A DNA stretch of 49,840 nucleotides, taken from IMG/VR virus record IMGVR_UViG_3300037692_000155, positions 1-49,840 of that record; one strand, 5' to 3'. Position numbers and translations under genes: made by a program. Shown one piece after another: positions 14,685 to 24,785 of the stretch; the stretch's first letter is position 1; the number at the start of each line of letters is the position of its first letter. The notes under the pieces are model-generated. The model saw only the letters and a list, made by a program, of their open reading frames with translations, made no database searches and had not been told where the DNA came from. The stretch comes from a virus. Lineage: Duplodnaviria > Caudoviricetes.

Positions 14685-17648
14685 ATGACGCGGAATATCA
14701 CTTACCCGGTGGCTGTTAGCGACGACGAAAACTCCGGAACTATTATTTTCGCAGGTCAGACCGGGGGTTTACTGCTCCCGGGCGGGACTACGAGCCAGCG
14801 TCCGGACCCGCCCGCGAATGGAACGATTCGGTATAACGCTTCACTCGGGCAAATCGAAGGGTACGAGGGAGGGAGCTGGGTGTCTCTTGGCGCAGCGGCC
14901 AGCTTCACCCCGGAAACTACGTTTCTGGAAGAAAGCGGGGCGCTACAGCTTCCGGGGGGTACTGAGGCGGAGAGGCCCGAAAGCCCGACCAACGGGATGA
15001 TTCGCTACAACGAGGATGATGCGCAATTCGAGTGTTATCAGGACAACGCTTGGGTGCCCTTCGGAGACAGCGGGGCTACGGCTTTTGACCCCGAAACGAC
15101 GATGTCCGCGGAGGTCGGGGCGGTGTTGGTGCCCCGCGGGGGTACGGCCCAGAGGCCGACGCCGACCAATGGGATGATTCGCTATAACACGACCAGCGGA
15201 AAACTGGAAATGTATCAGGCGAATACTTGGGTAAACGTGGATTCGACCGGGGCGCAGGACGGTACGTTCTTTGGAATGCCGGTCTTTGTTGCGAGCGACG
15301 TAACGGGCGCGACTGATGTGTCCCAAGAGCTTTTGAACTTCATGCTCCAGCACGATGGCCAGACGACCTTCGTACCTGCCGGGATTTACAAGATCAGCAT
15401 TGACAGTTTTGGACTCGAGGGGTTGCAGCCGAATGCTTCGCAAAGGACATTCAAGCTTTTCGCTATTCCGGGGTCGGTGATTTTTACGTGGCCGCAAAAC
15501 GATTATTGCATCCGCTGGACGGGCCGCGCACAGAGCGCATATAACGACCTTGAGGAGGATATTCTTTCGTTCGCGGTTACGGGGTTGCCGAGTACGGATG
15601 ACCAAGTGACCCGTATCGAGGTGGCGGACGCGAGCGTGTATGTCGTCGGCGAATGGGTCATGATCCGCTCATATGAGACACCCGAGCAGGACGGCAATAG
15701 CTCTGATATCATGGATTCTTACGCTGAAAGCGCGAGGGTCTGCAAGATTGATACCGATAATGATTATTTGTACCTTGACCGGCGTTTGTATCTGACTTAC
15801 GCGGCGACGGGCGGGATTGAACCGTCCGTTGTGCGCTTCCCGAGAGGGGCGGAAGGGACCAAGGTTGAATTCTCCCTGCAAGGCATTACGTTCGACAGTT
15901 TGAACGATGATTATCAGGATGCGAGCGGTACTCAGGTGGACTGTGTCGAGTGCCGGGCAGTAACTGACGTGCTGATACAGAATTGCCGCTGGAACCGCAC
16001 CTATCGGGCGGCGGCAGTCTTTCGGACCTGTCCGGGGCTTACGTTTATTGATTGCACGGCGGACAACCTCCCGAACAAGGCCACGGATTCACACCTCGGT
16101 TACGCGCTTAATCTCATGTGTGCGACGGCGGATGCGTATATCGACGGGTATCGTATCGGTAAATGCCGTCATGGTATCACGACCGGAGGGGCGGTTGAAC
16201 CTACAAGGCAGGACCATTACGAGCGCTGGGACCAAATGGGTTTCCCGACCAATTGCGTATTTTCCAACCTGATAATCAGCGGGGCTAACGGGTCGGCCAT
16301 CGACGCCCACGCGGAAGGAATCGGGCTGCATTTCAAGAATTGTGCCGTCCAATTCCCCAACCGGGGCGACGGGGGGCAGGATAGTCAGGGGCGCGGAGCA
16401 TACATCCGTTCTGCCGATACGATTATCGAAGGGTACTCTCAAATCGGGGGTTCTTGCGGAATTATGTACTCTACGCGGGTCGGGTATACCGGCCACAAGA
16501 TCAGGCATACAATCAACGGGGCGACGATCACCAATCTTGCGCATTCGACCGGGGATGCCGGGGCCGTGCGCATGGAAAGCGATACGGGGAGCGGTTTAGG
16601 GTCAGAACATTGGCGGGAATACAGCTTCAATAACCTGACTATCCGGGACTGCGACAAAGGGGTTGATCCGTCAGGCGTATGTAGCGCCGTCGTTAACGGG
16701 CTTACGACCGAGCGGGTCAAGTACCCGTTCGAGCTGGGAGCCGGCGCATTTGTTGTTGCCAAGGGGGTATCAACCAGTTTCCGGGGCATGAGCGGGGGGC
16801 CGTTCGACGTAGCCGCGTTGACCGCGGGTTCGACGCTTGTGATTGATGACCTCTCCATTTTCAAGGGTAATGATGCCGGGTTGCCGCAGTTCGTATTCGA
16901 CGGGGCCGGATATTACCGTCTGGGGCGGCTCACCCAGATCAATCCTGACGCCGTTGCGCTTACCAAGATCGCGGATACGGGGATCACCCGACTCGGCGAA
17001 TCGACGGTAAAAATTACTCAGGATTTAACTTTCGATTCCAACAGGCCGCGGGCGGTAGTCGGCAGGTATATAACGGGGTCGCCGCTTGGTGACATACAGA
17101 GCAGCACCGTATCTGCGGACAGGCTCTATCTTGCGCCGGTTTATCTGCAAGCGGGGGAGAGTTTCAGCGATATTGCTTTTGCTTCGGACACCGTGACCGC
17201 AGGGGCGTACCGTATAGGGCTGTACGCGACCGGGGCAGATGGGTTGCCGACCGGGGAAGCGCTGATCGAAGAGACGGTTACTGGTATTACGACCGCCACG
17301 GCGACAAATCAGGACGTCCCGCTTACGGAAACATTCGTGGTGCCTGAATCGGGATGGTACTGGCTGGCAATGATCGCCGATGTCGAAGGTACTGCAAGGA
17401 TTGTCAGTTCATCGGCGGGCATAGGGCTTTTCGGGGCCACAGACATGACTTCCGTTAGTGCGCAGGTGAATGTCTACGGCGCGAATTACGACGACGGGCT
17501 TCCGGATGTAACTGAATCAGATTTTGCCTTCGCGGGAGGGGGCGCTCCGTTTATGGGCCTTAAAGTCGTAGGCGGATTGACGTTTAATGTTGTATACGGC
17601 TCTGACAACGTGGTGAGCGGGGCCAATAATGTGGTCTACTCGCCCTAA
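14685..17648 (+). CDS. tailspike with right-handed beta-helix (pectate-lyase-like depolymerase)
   Basis: Three N-terminal P.GTT..RP..P.NG.IRYN repeats; FVPAGIY lead-in followed by parallel beta-helix repeats. Confidence 0.8.
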   Translation: MTRNITYPVAVSDDENSGTIIFAGQTGGLLLPGGTTSQRPDPPANGTIRYNASLGQIEGYEGGSWVSLGAAASFTPETTFLEESGALQLPGGTEAERPESPTNGMIRYNEDDAQFECYQDNAWVPFGDSGATAFDPETTMSAEVGAVLVPRGGTAQRPTPTNGMIRYNTTSGKLEMYQANTWVNVDSTGAQDGTFFGMPVFVASDVTGATDVSQELLNFMLQHDGQTTFVPAGIYKISIDSFGLEGLQPNASQRTFKLFAIPGSVIFTWPQNDYCIRWTGRAQSAYNDLEEDILSFAVTGLPSTDDQVTRIEVADASVYVVGEWVMIRSYETPEQDGNSSDIMDSYAESARVCKIDTDNDYLYLDRRLYLTYAATGGIEPSVVRFPRGAEGTKVEFSLQGITFDSLNDDYQDASGTQVDCVECRAVTDVLIQNCRWNRTYRAAAVFRTCPGLTFIDCTADNLPNKATDSHLGYALNLMCATADAYIDGYRIGKCRHGITTGGAVEPTRQDHYERWDQMGFPTNCVFSNLIISGANGSAIDAHAEGIGLHFKNCAVQFPNRGDGGQDSQGRGAYIRSADTIIEGYSQIGGSCGIMYSTRVGYTGHKIRHTINGATITNLAHSTGDAGAVRMESDTGSGLGSEHWREYSFNNLTIRDCDKGVDPSGVCSAVVNGLTTERVKYPFELGAGAFVVAKGVSTSFRGMSGGPFDVAALTAGSTLVIDDLSIFKGNDAGLPQFVFDGAGYYRLGRLTQINPDAVALTKIADTGITRLGESTVKITQDLTFDSNRPRAVVGRYITGSPLGDIQSSTVSADRLYLAPVYLQAGESFSDIAFASDTVTAGAYRIGLYATGADGLPTGEALIEETVTGITTATATNQDVPLTETFVVPESGWYWLAMIADVEGTARIVSSSAGIGLFGATDMTSVSAQVNVYGANYDDGLPDVTESDFAFAGGGAPFMGLKVVGGLTFNVVYGSDNVVSGANNVVYSP

Positions 17649-17660
17649 AGGAAGGCAGAT

Positions 17661-18440
17661 ATGAGCAAGATGTACCAACCGGATACTAACTTTTCGGAAA
17701 CCAGAGATGAACAACTCCGGGCGCAAAAGCTGGACGCGGAACTTGAGGTCATATCCAACAGGTTTCAGGAGCTTGCGGATAAGGTGGGCCGGGTCGTTCG
17801 CGAGGATGGAACCTTGAACGCGGTGATAACTGCCAAATCGCTCTCGGGAGAGCTTACTCTCGGTATCGGAGCCGCCGAAGAATGGAGGCCGGGAAAAGCG
17901 TATGCCGCGAACGAAATGGCCTTTTTCAAAAACACGCTCGTTTGGTGTAAAACCGCGCACGTATCTTCCGCGTTCGAACAGGATGTCGGCTACTGGATGG
18001 TCGCCGTAAATTTCAACCCGTATATCGACAAAGTGGCCAAGCTCGCGAGTAACCCGCACGTTACCCGGGTCGGCGCGAATGTTGACGCGCTCATGGCCCT
18101 GTCAGAGAGAACGGCGCAGCTGATCGAGCTGTTAAAATACATGGACAAGCTGATCGAGTTGGTCAATCGTTTGCCGGACCTCGACAAGCTTATCGCCGAT
18201 GGCGGCGCGGAAGCTCTGCGGGAGGTTCACAAGGCACTTCCAGAAATCCGGAGGGTCAATGAATCCGAAGAGGACATATTTGCAGTCTCGCGCTCGCGTG
18301 GGGCCATAGCGGAGGTTGCTCGGGTCGCTCCCGAGATTCGCAAGATTGCAAAATCGTGGAAAGACCTCGTACTTGCGGCTAAAGCAATCAAGAACCTTAA
18401 AACTATTGCCGGGGAAGTCGGCAAAATCAGCGAGGACTAG
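17661..18440 (+). CDS. tail fibre-like/virion protein
   Basis: N-terminal LDAEL...REDGTL virion-anchor-like motif; CBM-like WRPGKAY..C..AH; coiled coil. Confidence 0.55.
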   Translation: MSKMYQPDTNFSETRDEQLRAQKLDAELEVISNRFQELADKVGRVVREDGTLNAVITAKSLSGELTLGIGAAEEWRPGKAYAANEMAFFKNTLVWCKTAHVSSAFEQDVGYWMVAVNFNPYIDKVAKLASNPHVTRVGANVDALMALSERTAQLIELLKYMDKLIELVNRLPDLDKLIADGGAEALREVHKALPEIRRVNESEEDIFAVSRSRGAIAEVARVAPEIRKIAKSWKDLVLAAKAIKNLKTIAGEVGKISED

Positions 18441-18444
18441 GACC

Positions 18445-18720
18445 GTGGAGCCGGTAGCAGCATGGCAGGAGATAGTAGTTCAAGGGCCGCTTTTCGCGTT
18501 CATGGCCATTGTTATATGGGCCGGGGCGACCTATATCCGGAATACGCTGAAAACGGCGGACGAGCGTGAAGCCGCTCGGGAAGTACGGTACAATACTCTC
18601 GTGGATAAGTCTCTGGAGACAGCGGCTATGCAGACCAAAGCCGTTACTGAGGCTTTGGTCGGTAATACCGAAATTTTGCGCCGGGTGGAGCGTAAGCTCG
18701 ATGAAAATCGTGGACAGTAA
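18445..18720 (+). CDS. holin-like membrane protein
   Basis: GTG start after GAGGA; QGPLFAFMAIVIW TM followed by a charged coiled coil; upstream of the endolysin. Confidence 0.55.
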   Translation: MEPVAAWQEIVVQGPLFAFMAIVIWAGATYIRNTLKTADEREAAREVRYNTLVDKSLETAAMQTKAVTEALVGNTEILRRVERKLDENRGQ

Positions 18721-18874
18721 GGAAATGTTTCGGTTCGATCAGATGCAAAAGCAGATCGAAGACGCCGGGAGCGAGGCCGTGAAAGCGACGGGCGACCTGT
18801 GCCGCGCCGTGACGCGCAGCGAGGGGCAGCTTGTTTGTGCACTGATCGGGCATTCGGACACGTTAAAGCCGTAA
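18701..18874 (+). CDS. hypothetical protein
   Basis: MKIVDSK start after GGAG. Confidence 0.45.
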   Translation: MKIVDSKEMFRFDQMQKQIEDAGSEAVKATGDLCRAVTRSEGQLVCALIGHSDTLKP

Positions 18875-18936
18875 TTGCCACACTCGCCGTTTTGTGGGAC
18901 AATTCTTTCTCGACGTAAACCCGAAAAGAGTCGCCC

Positions 18937-19356
18937 ATGGACATAGAGAAACTTAAAAGAGAATTGGAAGACGATGAAAAGTACGTCCGGGGCGCGTATC
19001 CCGATCATCTGGGTTACTTGACTATAGGCATCGGTCGTATGATTGATCCCCGTAAAGGCGGCGGGCTTACTCGCGAAGAGGCCGTTTACCTTCTCGAAAA
19101 TGACATTGGCGACCGGGTCCGGCAGCTTCGGAGCCACTTGCCGTGGTTCGATCAGCTCTCGGATGCGAGGCAGCATGCGCTTATCAATATGGCGTTCCAG
19201 ATGGGCGTCGGCGGGCTGCTCGTTTTCAAGAAAATGTTGGGGTACATGGAGAAAGGGCTGTTCAAGGAAGCCGCTGCGGAAGCGCTGCGGTCTAGGTGGG
19301 CCAATCAAACTCCTGAAAGGGCGCGTCGCGTTGCTGAAATGATAAGGCGCGGATGA
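18937..19356 (+). CDS. endolysin, T4-like lysozyme (GH24)
   Basis: E..Y.D.LGYLTIGIG catalytic region; LINMAFQMG; SRWANQTPERA. Confidence 0.92.
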   Translation: MDIEKLKRELEDDEKYVRGAYPDHLGYLTIGIGRMIDPRKGGGLTREEAVYLLENDIGDRVRQLRSHLPWFDQLSDARQHALINMAFQMGVGGLLVFKKMLGYMEKGLFKEAAAEALRSRWANQTPERARRVAEMIRRG

Positions 19357-19730
19357 TGTGGCTCTTTGTTTGGAAATACAGGAAAAATATCGGCATTTTC
19401 ATCGCCGTTTTGGCCGTCGTGGGGGTTATAGCGGGGTCCACGCTTTACGTGAGGCATGTTATCTCGGAAAATGATATACTTACGGCAGAAGTTAAGCAGA
19501 TAAAGGCCGACCTTAAAGAGGAACGCGAACGGCACGCTGAAATCGTGGGGGCTTTGGAGGAAAAGGCGCAAGATGTGGAAGAACGTCAGGATTTTAAGGG
19601 CAAGGCCCAAAAAGAAATTGCAAAAGACCGGGTTACGGGCGATGCCCCTATGGCTCCTGTGTTGCGCAACGCTGTTGACCGGCTGCGAGAGCGTCAGGCA
19701 GAATTCACCCACCGCCGAGATTCCAGATAG
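19353..19730 (+). CDS. Rz-like inner-membrane spanin
   Basis: N-terminal TM plus coiled coil; follows the endolysin. Confidence 0.75.
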   Translation: MMWLFVWKYRKNIGIFIAVLAVVGVIAGSTLYVRHVISENDILTAEVKQIKADLKEERERHAEIVGALEEKAQDVEERQDFKGKAQKEIAKDRVTGDAPMAPVLRNAVDRLRERQAEFTHRRDSR

Positions 19731-19890
19731 TTTTTTCCTATGTGCGCAAGACCCGATTCCATCGAAAATATCCCCGGACGAAGAGGAAACCCAAGCCGAC
19801 GCCGCCGACGTACTGACTGGCGTATATCTGGCATGGGAAGAGTGCTCTTCGTCTTTGGCGCGGTTACGGCGATTGATAAAAGGGAAATAG
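19642..19890 (+). CDS. Rz1-like outer-membrane spanin lipoprotein
   Basis: MPLWLLCCATLLTG-C lipobox; overlaps the Rz-like gene in another frame. Confidence 0.75.
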   Translation: MPLWLLCCATLLTGCESVRQNSPTAEIPDSFFLCAQDPIPSKISPDEEETQADAADVLTGVYLAWEECSSSLARLRRLIKGK

Positions 19891-21516
19891 ATGGCTGGTT
19901 TTTCTATACCCGAAGCGAAAGTCATCAAGCCGCGGGATTTTACGGAGGCGGAAAAGCAGCTGCTTGTCGCCGAGCGGGCGCTGAAAAACAAGAAGGCGCG
20001 GGAGAACTTGCTGGATTTTATCCAGTTAATGATGCCGGACCCGAATCAGCCTTTGGATGTCAATTTCTCCCGTTACGAAGCCAAGAAGCATCATAAACGC
20101 ATTGTCCGGCTGTTTGAGCGGGCAGAGAGCGGGCTTACCCCCTTTACAGCCCTGTCCATCCCGCCGCAGCATGGTAAATCGACGATCACAACCCACCATG
20201 GCCCCGCGTGGGCGCTGGGTCGTCAGCCGTACAAGCATATAATCGTTGGCGGGTACGGGTCTGATTTCATCACCAAGTTCGGATCGCGGGTCCGCACGCT
20301 TTTCGAATCGAGGCAGTTTTCGCAAATCTTCCCGGATTTTGAGCTGAAAAAAGGGTCCAAGGCCAAGGATTACATGGAAACCGTACAAGGGGGGTCCATT
20401 CTCTTTGTCGGGCGTGGCGAGGGTACGACGGGTAATCCTTGTGATATGTTCATTATCGACGACCCGATCAAGGACAAAAAAGAAGCCGACTCGCCGACTA
20501 TGCGCGAAGACCTCTGGGACTGGTACACGTCTGTTGCCGAAACGCGGTGTCATATCCTGTCATCGATCTTTATTATCCATACCCGCTGGCACGAGGATGA
20601 CCTGATCGGGCGGCTTTGTGATCCGGAGCATCCGGAGCATGACGAAGAGCTTGCGGCGGACTGGCATTACGAGAATATTGAAGCCATTGTCGAAGATGAA
20701 ATCATGGCCATGACGCTTGGCATCGAACCGGGGACGGCCTTGTGGCCGGAGCGCTTCCCGCTGGAGCTTTTGGAAAAACGCCGTCGCCGCGCTCCGAAAG
20801 TTTTTTCATCGCTATATCAAGGCCGCCCGACGCCGGACGACGGGGATTTCTTCACCCGGGACATGATTCAGTTTTATACCCCCGACCAGTTGCCGCCGAG
20901 ACTGCGAATATACGCGGCCAGCGACCACGCCGTTACCGAGAAGCAGGAGAACGACGAAACGGTCTGCATTGTCGCCGGGGTGGACGAACACGCCAATATT
21001 TTTATACTGGATTGCTGGCATGGACGCCGTAAATCGGACGTCGTCGTCGAGCGGATGATTGACCTTATGGACAAGTGGAGGCCGCTGTTTTGGTGGGCCG
21101 CGAGCGACCACATATCCAAAGCCATTGGGCCGTTCCTCAAAAAAAGGATGAAGGAACGTGGAGTATACACAATGATATCTGAAAGCTCGGAAGTCGGGGA
21201 CAAACAGCAAAAGGCGCAGTCAATCCAAGGGCGGATGTCTATGGGGAAAGTGTACCTTCCTAAACACGCGCCGTGGGCGTCCCACCTTATCCGTCAGCTT
21301 CTCCGGTTCCCACAGGCCACTCATGATGACTTTGTCGATGCCATGGCGCACCTTGGCCGGGGGATCAACAAGATGGTGAACGCGGGCCACGGGCCGTCTA
21401 ATGATGAAGGGGCTGGCAAAGGACCGCCTAAACCGGGTACAATGGCGTGGATTAAGTGGTCTTCGCGGCGTCAAGAGCGACAACAGAATTTGAAAAACAT
21501 CATGGGCGGAATGTAA
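19891..21516 (+). CDS. terL: terminase large subunit
   Basis: Walker A PPQHGKS, Walker B FIIDDP, TRWHEDD, nuclease HDDFVDA. Confidence 0.93.
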   Translation: MAGFSIPEAKVIKPRDFTEAEKQLLVAERALKNKKARENLLDFIQLMMPDPNQPLDVNFSRYEAKKHHKRIVRLFERAESGLTPFTALSIPPQHGKSTITTHHGPAWALGRQPYKHIIVGGYGSDFITKFGSRVRTLFESRQFSQIFPDFELKKGSKAKDYMETVQGGSILFVGRGEGTTGNPCDMFIIDDPIKDKKEADSPTMREDLWDWYTSVAETRCHILSSIFIIHTRWHEDDLIGRLCDPEHPEHDEELAADWHYENIEAIVEDEIMAMTLGIEPGTALWPERFPLELLEKRRRRAPKVFSSLYQGRPTPDDGDFFTRDMIQFYTPDQLPPRLRIYAASDHAVTEKQENDETVCIVAGVDEHANIFILDCWHGRRKSDVVVERMIDLMDKWRPLFWWAASDHISKAIGPFLKKRMKERGVYTMISESSEVGDKQQKAQSIQGRMSMGKVYLPKHAPWASHLIRQLLRFPQATHDDFVDAMAHLGRGINKMVNAGHGPSNDEGAGKGPPKPGTMAWIKWSSRRQERQQNLKNIMGGM

Positions 21517-23642
21517 TGGAAGAGCTTATTGAATCTGGGGCCGGGGCAGAGGTAATACCACAAGGTACGCCTTCTCAGTCTACGATTAGACGGGATGTTC
21601 CGGACCCGCCGCAAGCGCGTGCGGCATTTTTGCAATCATGGGCCGGGCGGATCAAGCAAGCTAAAAAGCATTGGGAGAAAGACTTCAAGCGGATGCGCGA
21701 AGATATGGACTTTGTGTTCATGGGCTGTGATAAAGAATGGTCCGACTTCGACAGGTACACCGCCAATATCGTCCAGCAATACGTTCGCCAGCGCGTTGCC
21801 CGCCTGTATGCCAAGAATCCGAAATTCGTCTGCAAACGCCGCCCGCAGCTTGATTTTATTCTCTGGGACGAAAAGCCGGAATCGATGCAATTGGCTATGG
21901 AGCAAGCGCAGAGCGGCGACCCGGTAGCTATGACGATGGCTATGGAGTTGCAAGCCGACATTCAGGAAGGGATGTTGCGCCGCCAGCAAATCGACCGCGT
22001 GGCCAAGACCATGGAAATGCTTTTTGAAGACAACATCAAGGAACAGAGTCCGAATTTCAAAAAGCAGATGAAGCAACTTATACGCCGCGTCGAGACAACG
22101 GGCGTTGGCTGGGTAAAGATCGATTATCAGCGGGTTATGCAACCGCGTCCGGACGAAGAGACGCAAGTAAACGACATTTCGCACCGGCTTGCCCGTCTGG
22201 AGCGGCTTGAAGGCGATAAGGTCGATCAGAAGTTTGACGAAAACGCGCCGGAGAATGAAGAGTTAGAGCAGGGGCTTGCGCAGCTGCAACGGGAGCCGGA
22301 AATCATCGTCCGCGAGGGTCTGGTATTCAGTTTCCCCAGAGCTACGGCGATTATCCCGGATACACAGATACGTTCGCTTGAAGGGTTGCAGGGCGCGGAT
22401 TGGATTGTCGAAGAGGCGACCATGACGGTCGATGAAATCAAGGAAATTTACAAAACAGACATAGGGTCCGGATTTAAGACGTATACCGAAAAAGGACAGG
22501 AAAATAATCAAACTGATCTGTTTTCTTCGGGCAAGGACGGCTATGCGGCCCCGGTTTACGCGTTGGTCTGGCACGTTTATGATAAGAAATCAGGCTATTA
22601 TTTTGTAATGGCGGACGGGTTTAAAGACTATTTGCGGCCCCCGGGACCGCCGCCCGTTACGCTGGAAACCTTTTTCCCGTATGTAGTCTTGATGTTCAAT
22701 GAGCTTGAACATGAGAAACAGGTATTCCCGCTTTCGGACGTTCGTCTGCTCCGTCATATCCAGAAGGAATACAACCGGGCCAAAGAGGCTTTGCGCCAAC
22801 ACCGGATTGCGAGCGCCCCGCTTTACGCGACCGGGGCCGGGCAGTTTGACGAAGAGGACCAGCTTAACCTCGCTCTTCACAACCCGCACGATGTCATAGT
22901 CTTAAAGGCTCTGGGTGAAGGGGAGAACGTCAACAACAAGCTGCAACAGGTCAAGAAATACCCTATCGATCCGAATGTCTATCAAACGGAGGATACTTTC
23001 CAAGACTTGACTCGAGTCGCTGGGGCCGATGATTCGGCTATGGGTTCCACATCTTCGAATGTAACGGCCACCGATTCCAGCATTGCCAATGATAGCCGCA
23101 TGTCTTCGTTGTCGAGCAACACGGACGATCTGGATGAATTCATGGGAGAGCTGGCCCGTCTTGGGGGGCAAGTTCTGCTTTTGGAAATGTCCGTCGAAGA
23201 GGTGAAAAAGCGGGTTGGACGGGGGGCGGTGTGGCCCGAGCTTACCCGGCAACAAATCATGGAGGAAATATTTCTCACCATTGAGGCTGGCAGCTCGGGC
23301 CGTCCGAACAAGGCGGCAAAAGCCGCGGCCTTGGAGCGTACCGGCAATATTATTTTGTCTTTGCCCGGAGTGAATCCCCGCTGGATGTTCAAGCAGATCA
23401 TGATGACGGTAGACGAGCAGGTCGATCTCACCGACGCCTATATGGAAGGTCAACCGTCGATCATGATGATGAACCGGATGGCAGCGACCGCACAAACCGC
23501 GCCGGGGGGCGGGCCTAACGACCCGACAAATCAGGGGGATAACGGGGCAAATAACCAGCAAGCGGCCCCGCAAACCTCTGGCGGGCCGCAGCCCGCGTAT
23601 ACCCCTCCCGGGGCCGCGCAAAATCAGTTTGTAGGTTCCTGA
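21516..23642 (+). CDS. portal protein
   Basis: ~708 aa directly after terL (TAATG coupling); helical protein with Q/P-rich tail. Confidence 0.8.
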   Translation: MEELIESGAGAEVIPQGTPSQSTIRRDVPDPPQARAAFLQSWAGRIKQAKKHWEKDFKRMREDMDFVFMGCDKEWSDFDRYTANIVQQYVRQRVARLYAKNPKFVCKRRPQLDFILWDEKPESMQLAMEQAQSGDPVAMTMAMELQADIQEGMLRRQQIDRVAKTMEMLFEDNIKEQSPNFKKQMKQLIRRVETTGVGWVKIDYQRVMQPRPDEETQVNDISHRLARLERLEGDKVDQKFDENAPENEELEQGLAQLQREPEIIVREGLVFSFPRATAIIPDTQIRSLEGLQGADWIVEEATMTVDEIKEIYKTDIGSGFKTYTEKGQENNQTDLFSSGKDGYAAPVYALVWHVYDKKSGYYFVMADGFKDYLRPPGPPPVTLETFFPYVVLMFNELEHEKQVFPLSDVRLLRHIQKEYNRAKEALRQHRIASAPLYATGAGQFDEEDQLNLALHNPHDVIVLKALGEGENVNNKLQQVKKYPIDPNVYQTEDTFQDLTRVAGADDSAMGSTSSNVTATDSSIANDSRMSSLSSNTDDLDEFMGELARLGGQVLLLEMSVEEVKKRVGRGAVWPELTRQQIMEEIFLTIEAGSSGRPNKAAKAAALERTGNIILSLPGVNPRWMFKQIMMTVDEQVDLTDAYMEGQPSIMMMNRMAATAQTAPGGGPNDPTNQGDNGANNQQAAPQTSGGPQPAYTPPGAAQNQFVGS

Positions 23643-23717
23643 CGTATCGGGTATCATGGTATTACTAACCACCGTCGTGAGACGGCGGCTTTCTCATAGA
23701 TAGATAAGGGACGCTAA

Positions 23718-24767
23718 ATGATAGTTGAAGAAACTCCGGTGCCGTCCACCGGGGGAAATGAAGAAAGCCCCGGCGATTCTGGAACCCAGAATCAGCCGGG
23801 CACTACGGACGCTAATCCTGTTACCGAGCCTTCGTCCAGTTCGGAGTCTGACGCTAAATCTGGTTCTGAATCGCTTTCGGACATTGTGTCGAAGGCGCTT
23901 GAAGATAAGGGGGAATCGTCAACCTCTGAGCGGCCTGACGATCAAAAGTCGAAAGAGGCTGGAAAAGCAGACCCCAAGGCCGAAAAGGCCGAAGGTGAAG
24001 GCGAAGTCGAAGGCAAGGACGAAATCCCGCAGGAGTTTCACAAGCACCCCGCTTGGCAGAGGCTCAAAAAAGAGCGGGACGAAGCCCGGTCCTCGGTTGA
24101 CCAATACCGTCAAGACTCGGAAGATTTTGGCGCGATTACCGGCTTTATGGGTGAGCACAATATCGCACCCGAAGAAGTCGCTGAAACCCTCCACTGGCTT
24201 GCTATGCGCAATGCCGACCCGGTTGGTTTCGGGATGAAAATCGTAGAACTCGCCAATCAATTTCAGGAGTCAATGGGCCTTATACTTCCGAAGGAACTCC
24301 AAGACCGCGTAGAGGCCGGGGAGCTTACAGAGGAAGATGCAAAGGCCATAGCGCGTTCAAAAGCGGAAGCAACTCTCTACAAAAACCGCTCCGAACAGCA
24401 ATTGACGCAAGAGCGTTCCCAAAGGGACATGCAGTCCCGCAAGGCGCTCGGTCAACAAATGGCCAACACCGTGAACAACTGGGAAAAGCAAATTCAGACC
24501 CGCGACCCCGATTATCAGGCGAAACGCCGTCTGGTACAGTCGGAGATACGGGCATACATCCAGCAATACGGGATGCCGAGGGATACCGCGGGCGCGTTGA
24601 AATACGCGGAAACGGCATACAAGGCAGTCACCGAACATCTGGCCGGGGTTTTACCCCAGCGTAAGCCTAATAATCCAGCACCCACAGGCGGCAAGACGGT
24701 CGAAACAATATTCGCCCCGAAATCGCTTGAAGACGTGGTGTCTCATGCGCTGACGGGGGGCAGCTAA
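23718..24767 (+). CDS. capsid scaffolding protein
   Basis: Acidic disordered N-terminus, HPAWQRL motif, coiled coils; lies between portal and capsid. Confidence 0.7.
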   Translation: MIVEETPVPSTGGNEESPGDSGTQNQPGTTDANPVTEPSSSSESDAKSGSESLSDIVSKALEDKGESSTSERPDDQKSKEAGKADPKAEKAEGEGEVEGKDEIPQEFHKHPAWQRLKKERDEARSSVDQYRQDSEDFGAITGFMGEHNIAPEEVAETLHWLAMRNADPVGFGMKIVELANQFQESMGLILPKELQDRVEAGELTEEDAKAIARSKAEATLYKNRSEQQLTQERSQRDMQSRKALGQQMANTVNNWEKQIQTRDPDYQAKRRLVQSEIRAYIQQYGMPRDTAGALKYAETAYKAVTEHLAGVLPQRKPNNPAPTGGKTVETIFAPKSLEDVVSHALTGGS

Positions 24768-24785
24768 CGAGAAAGGATTTAAGGC

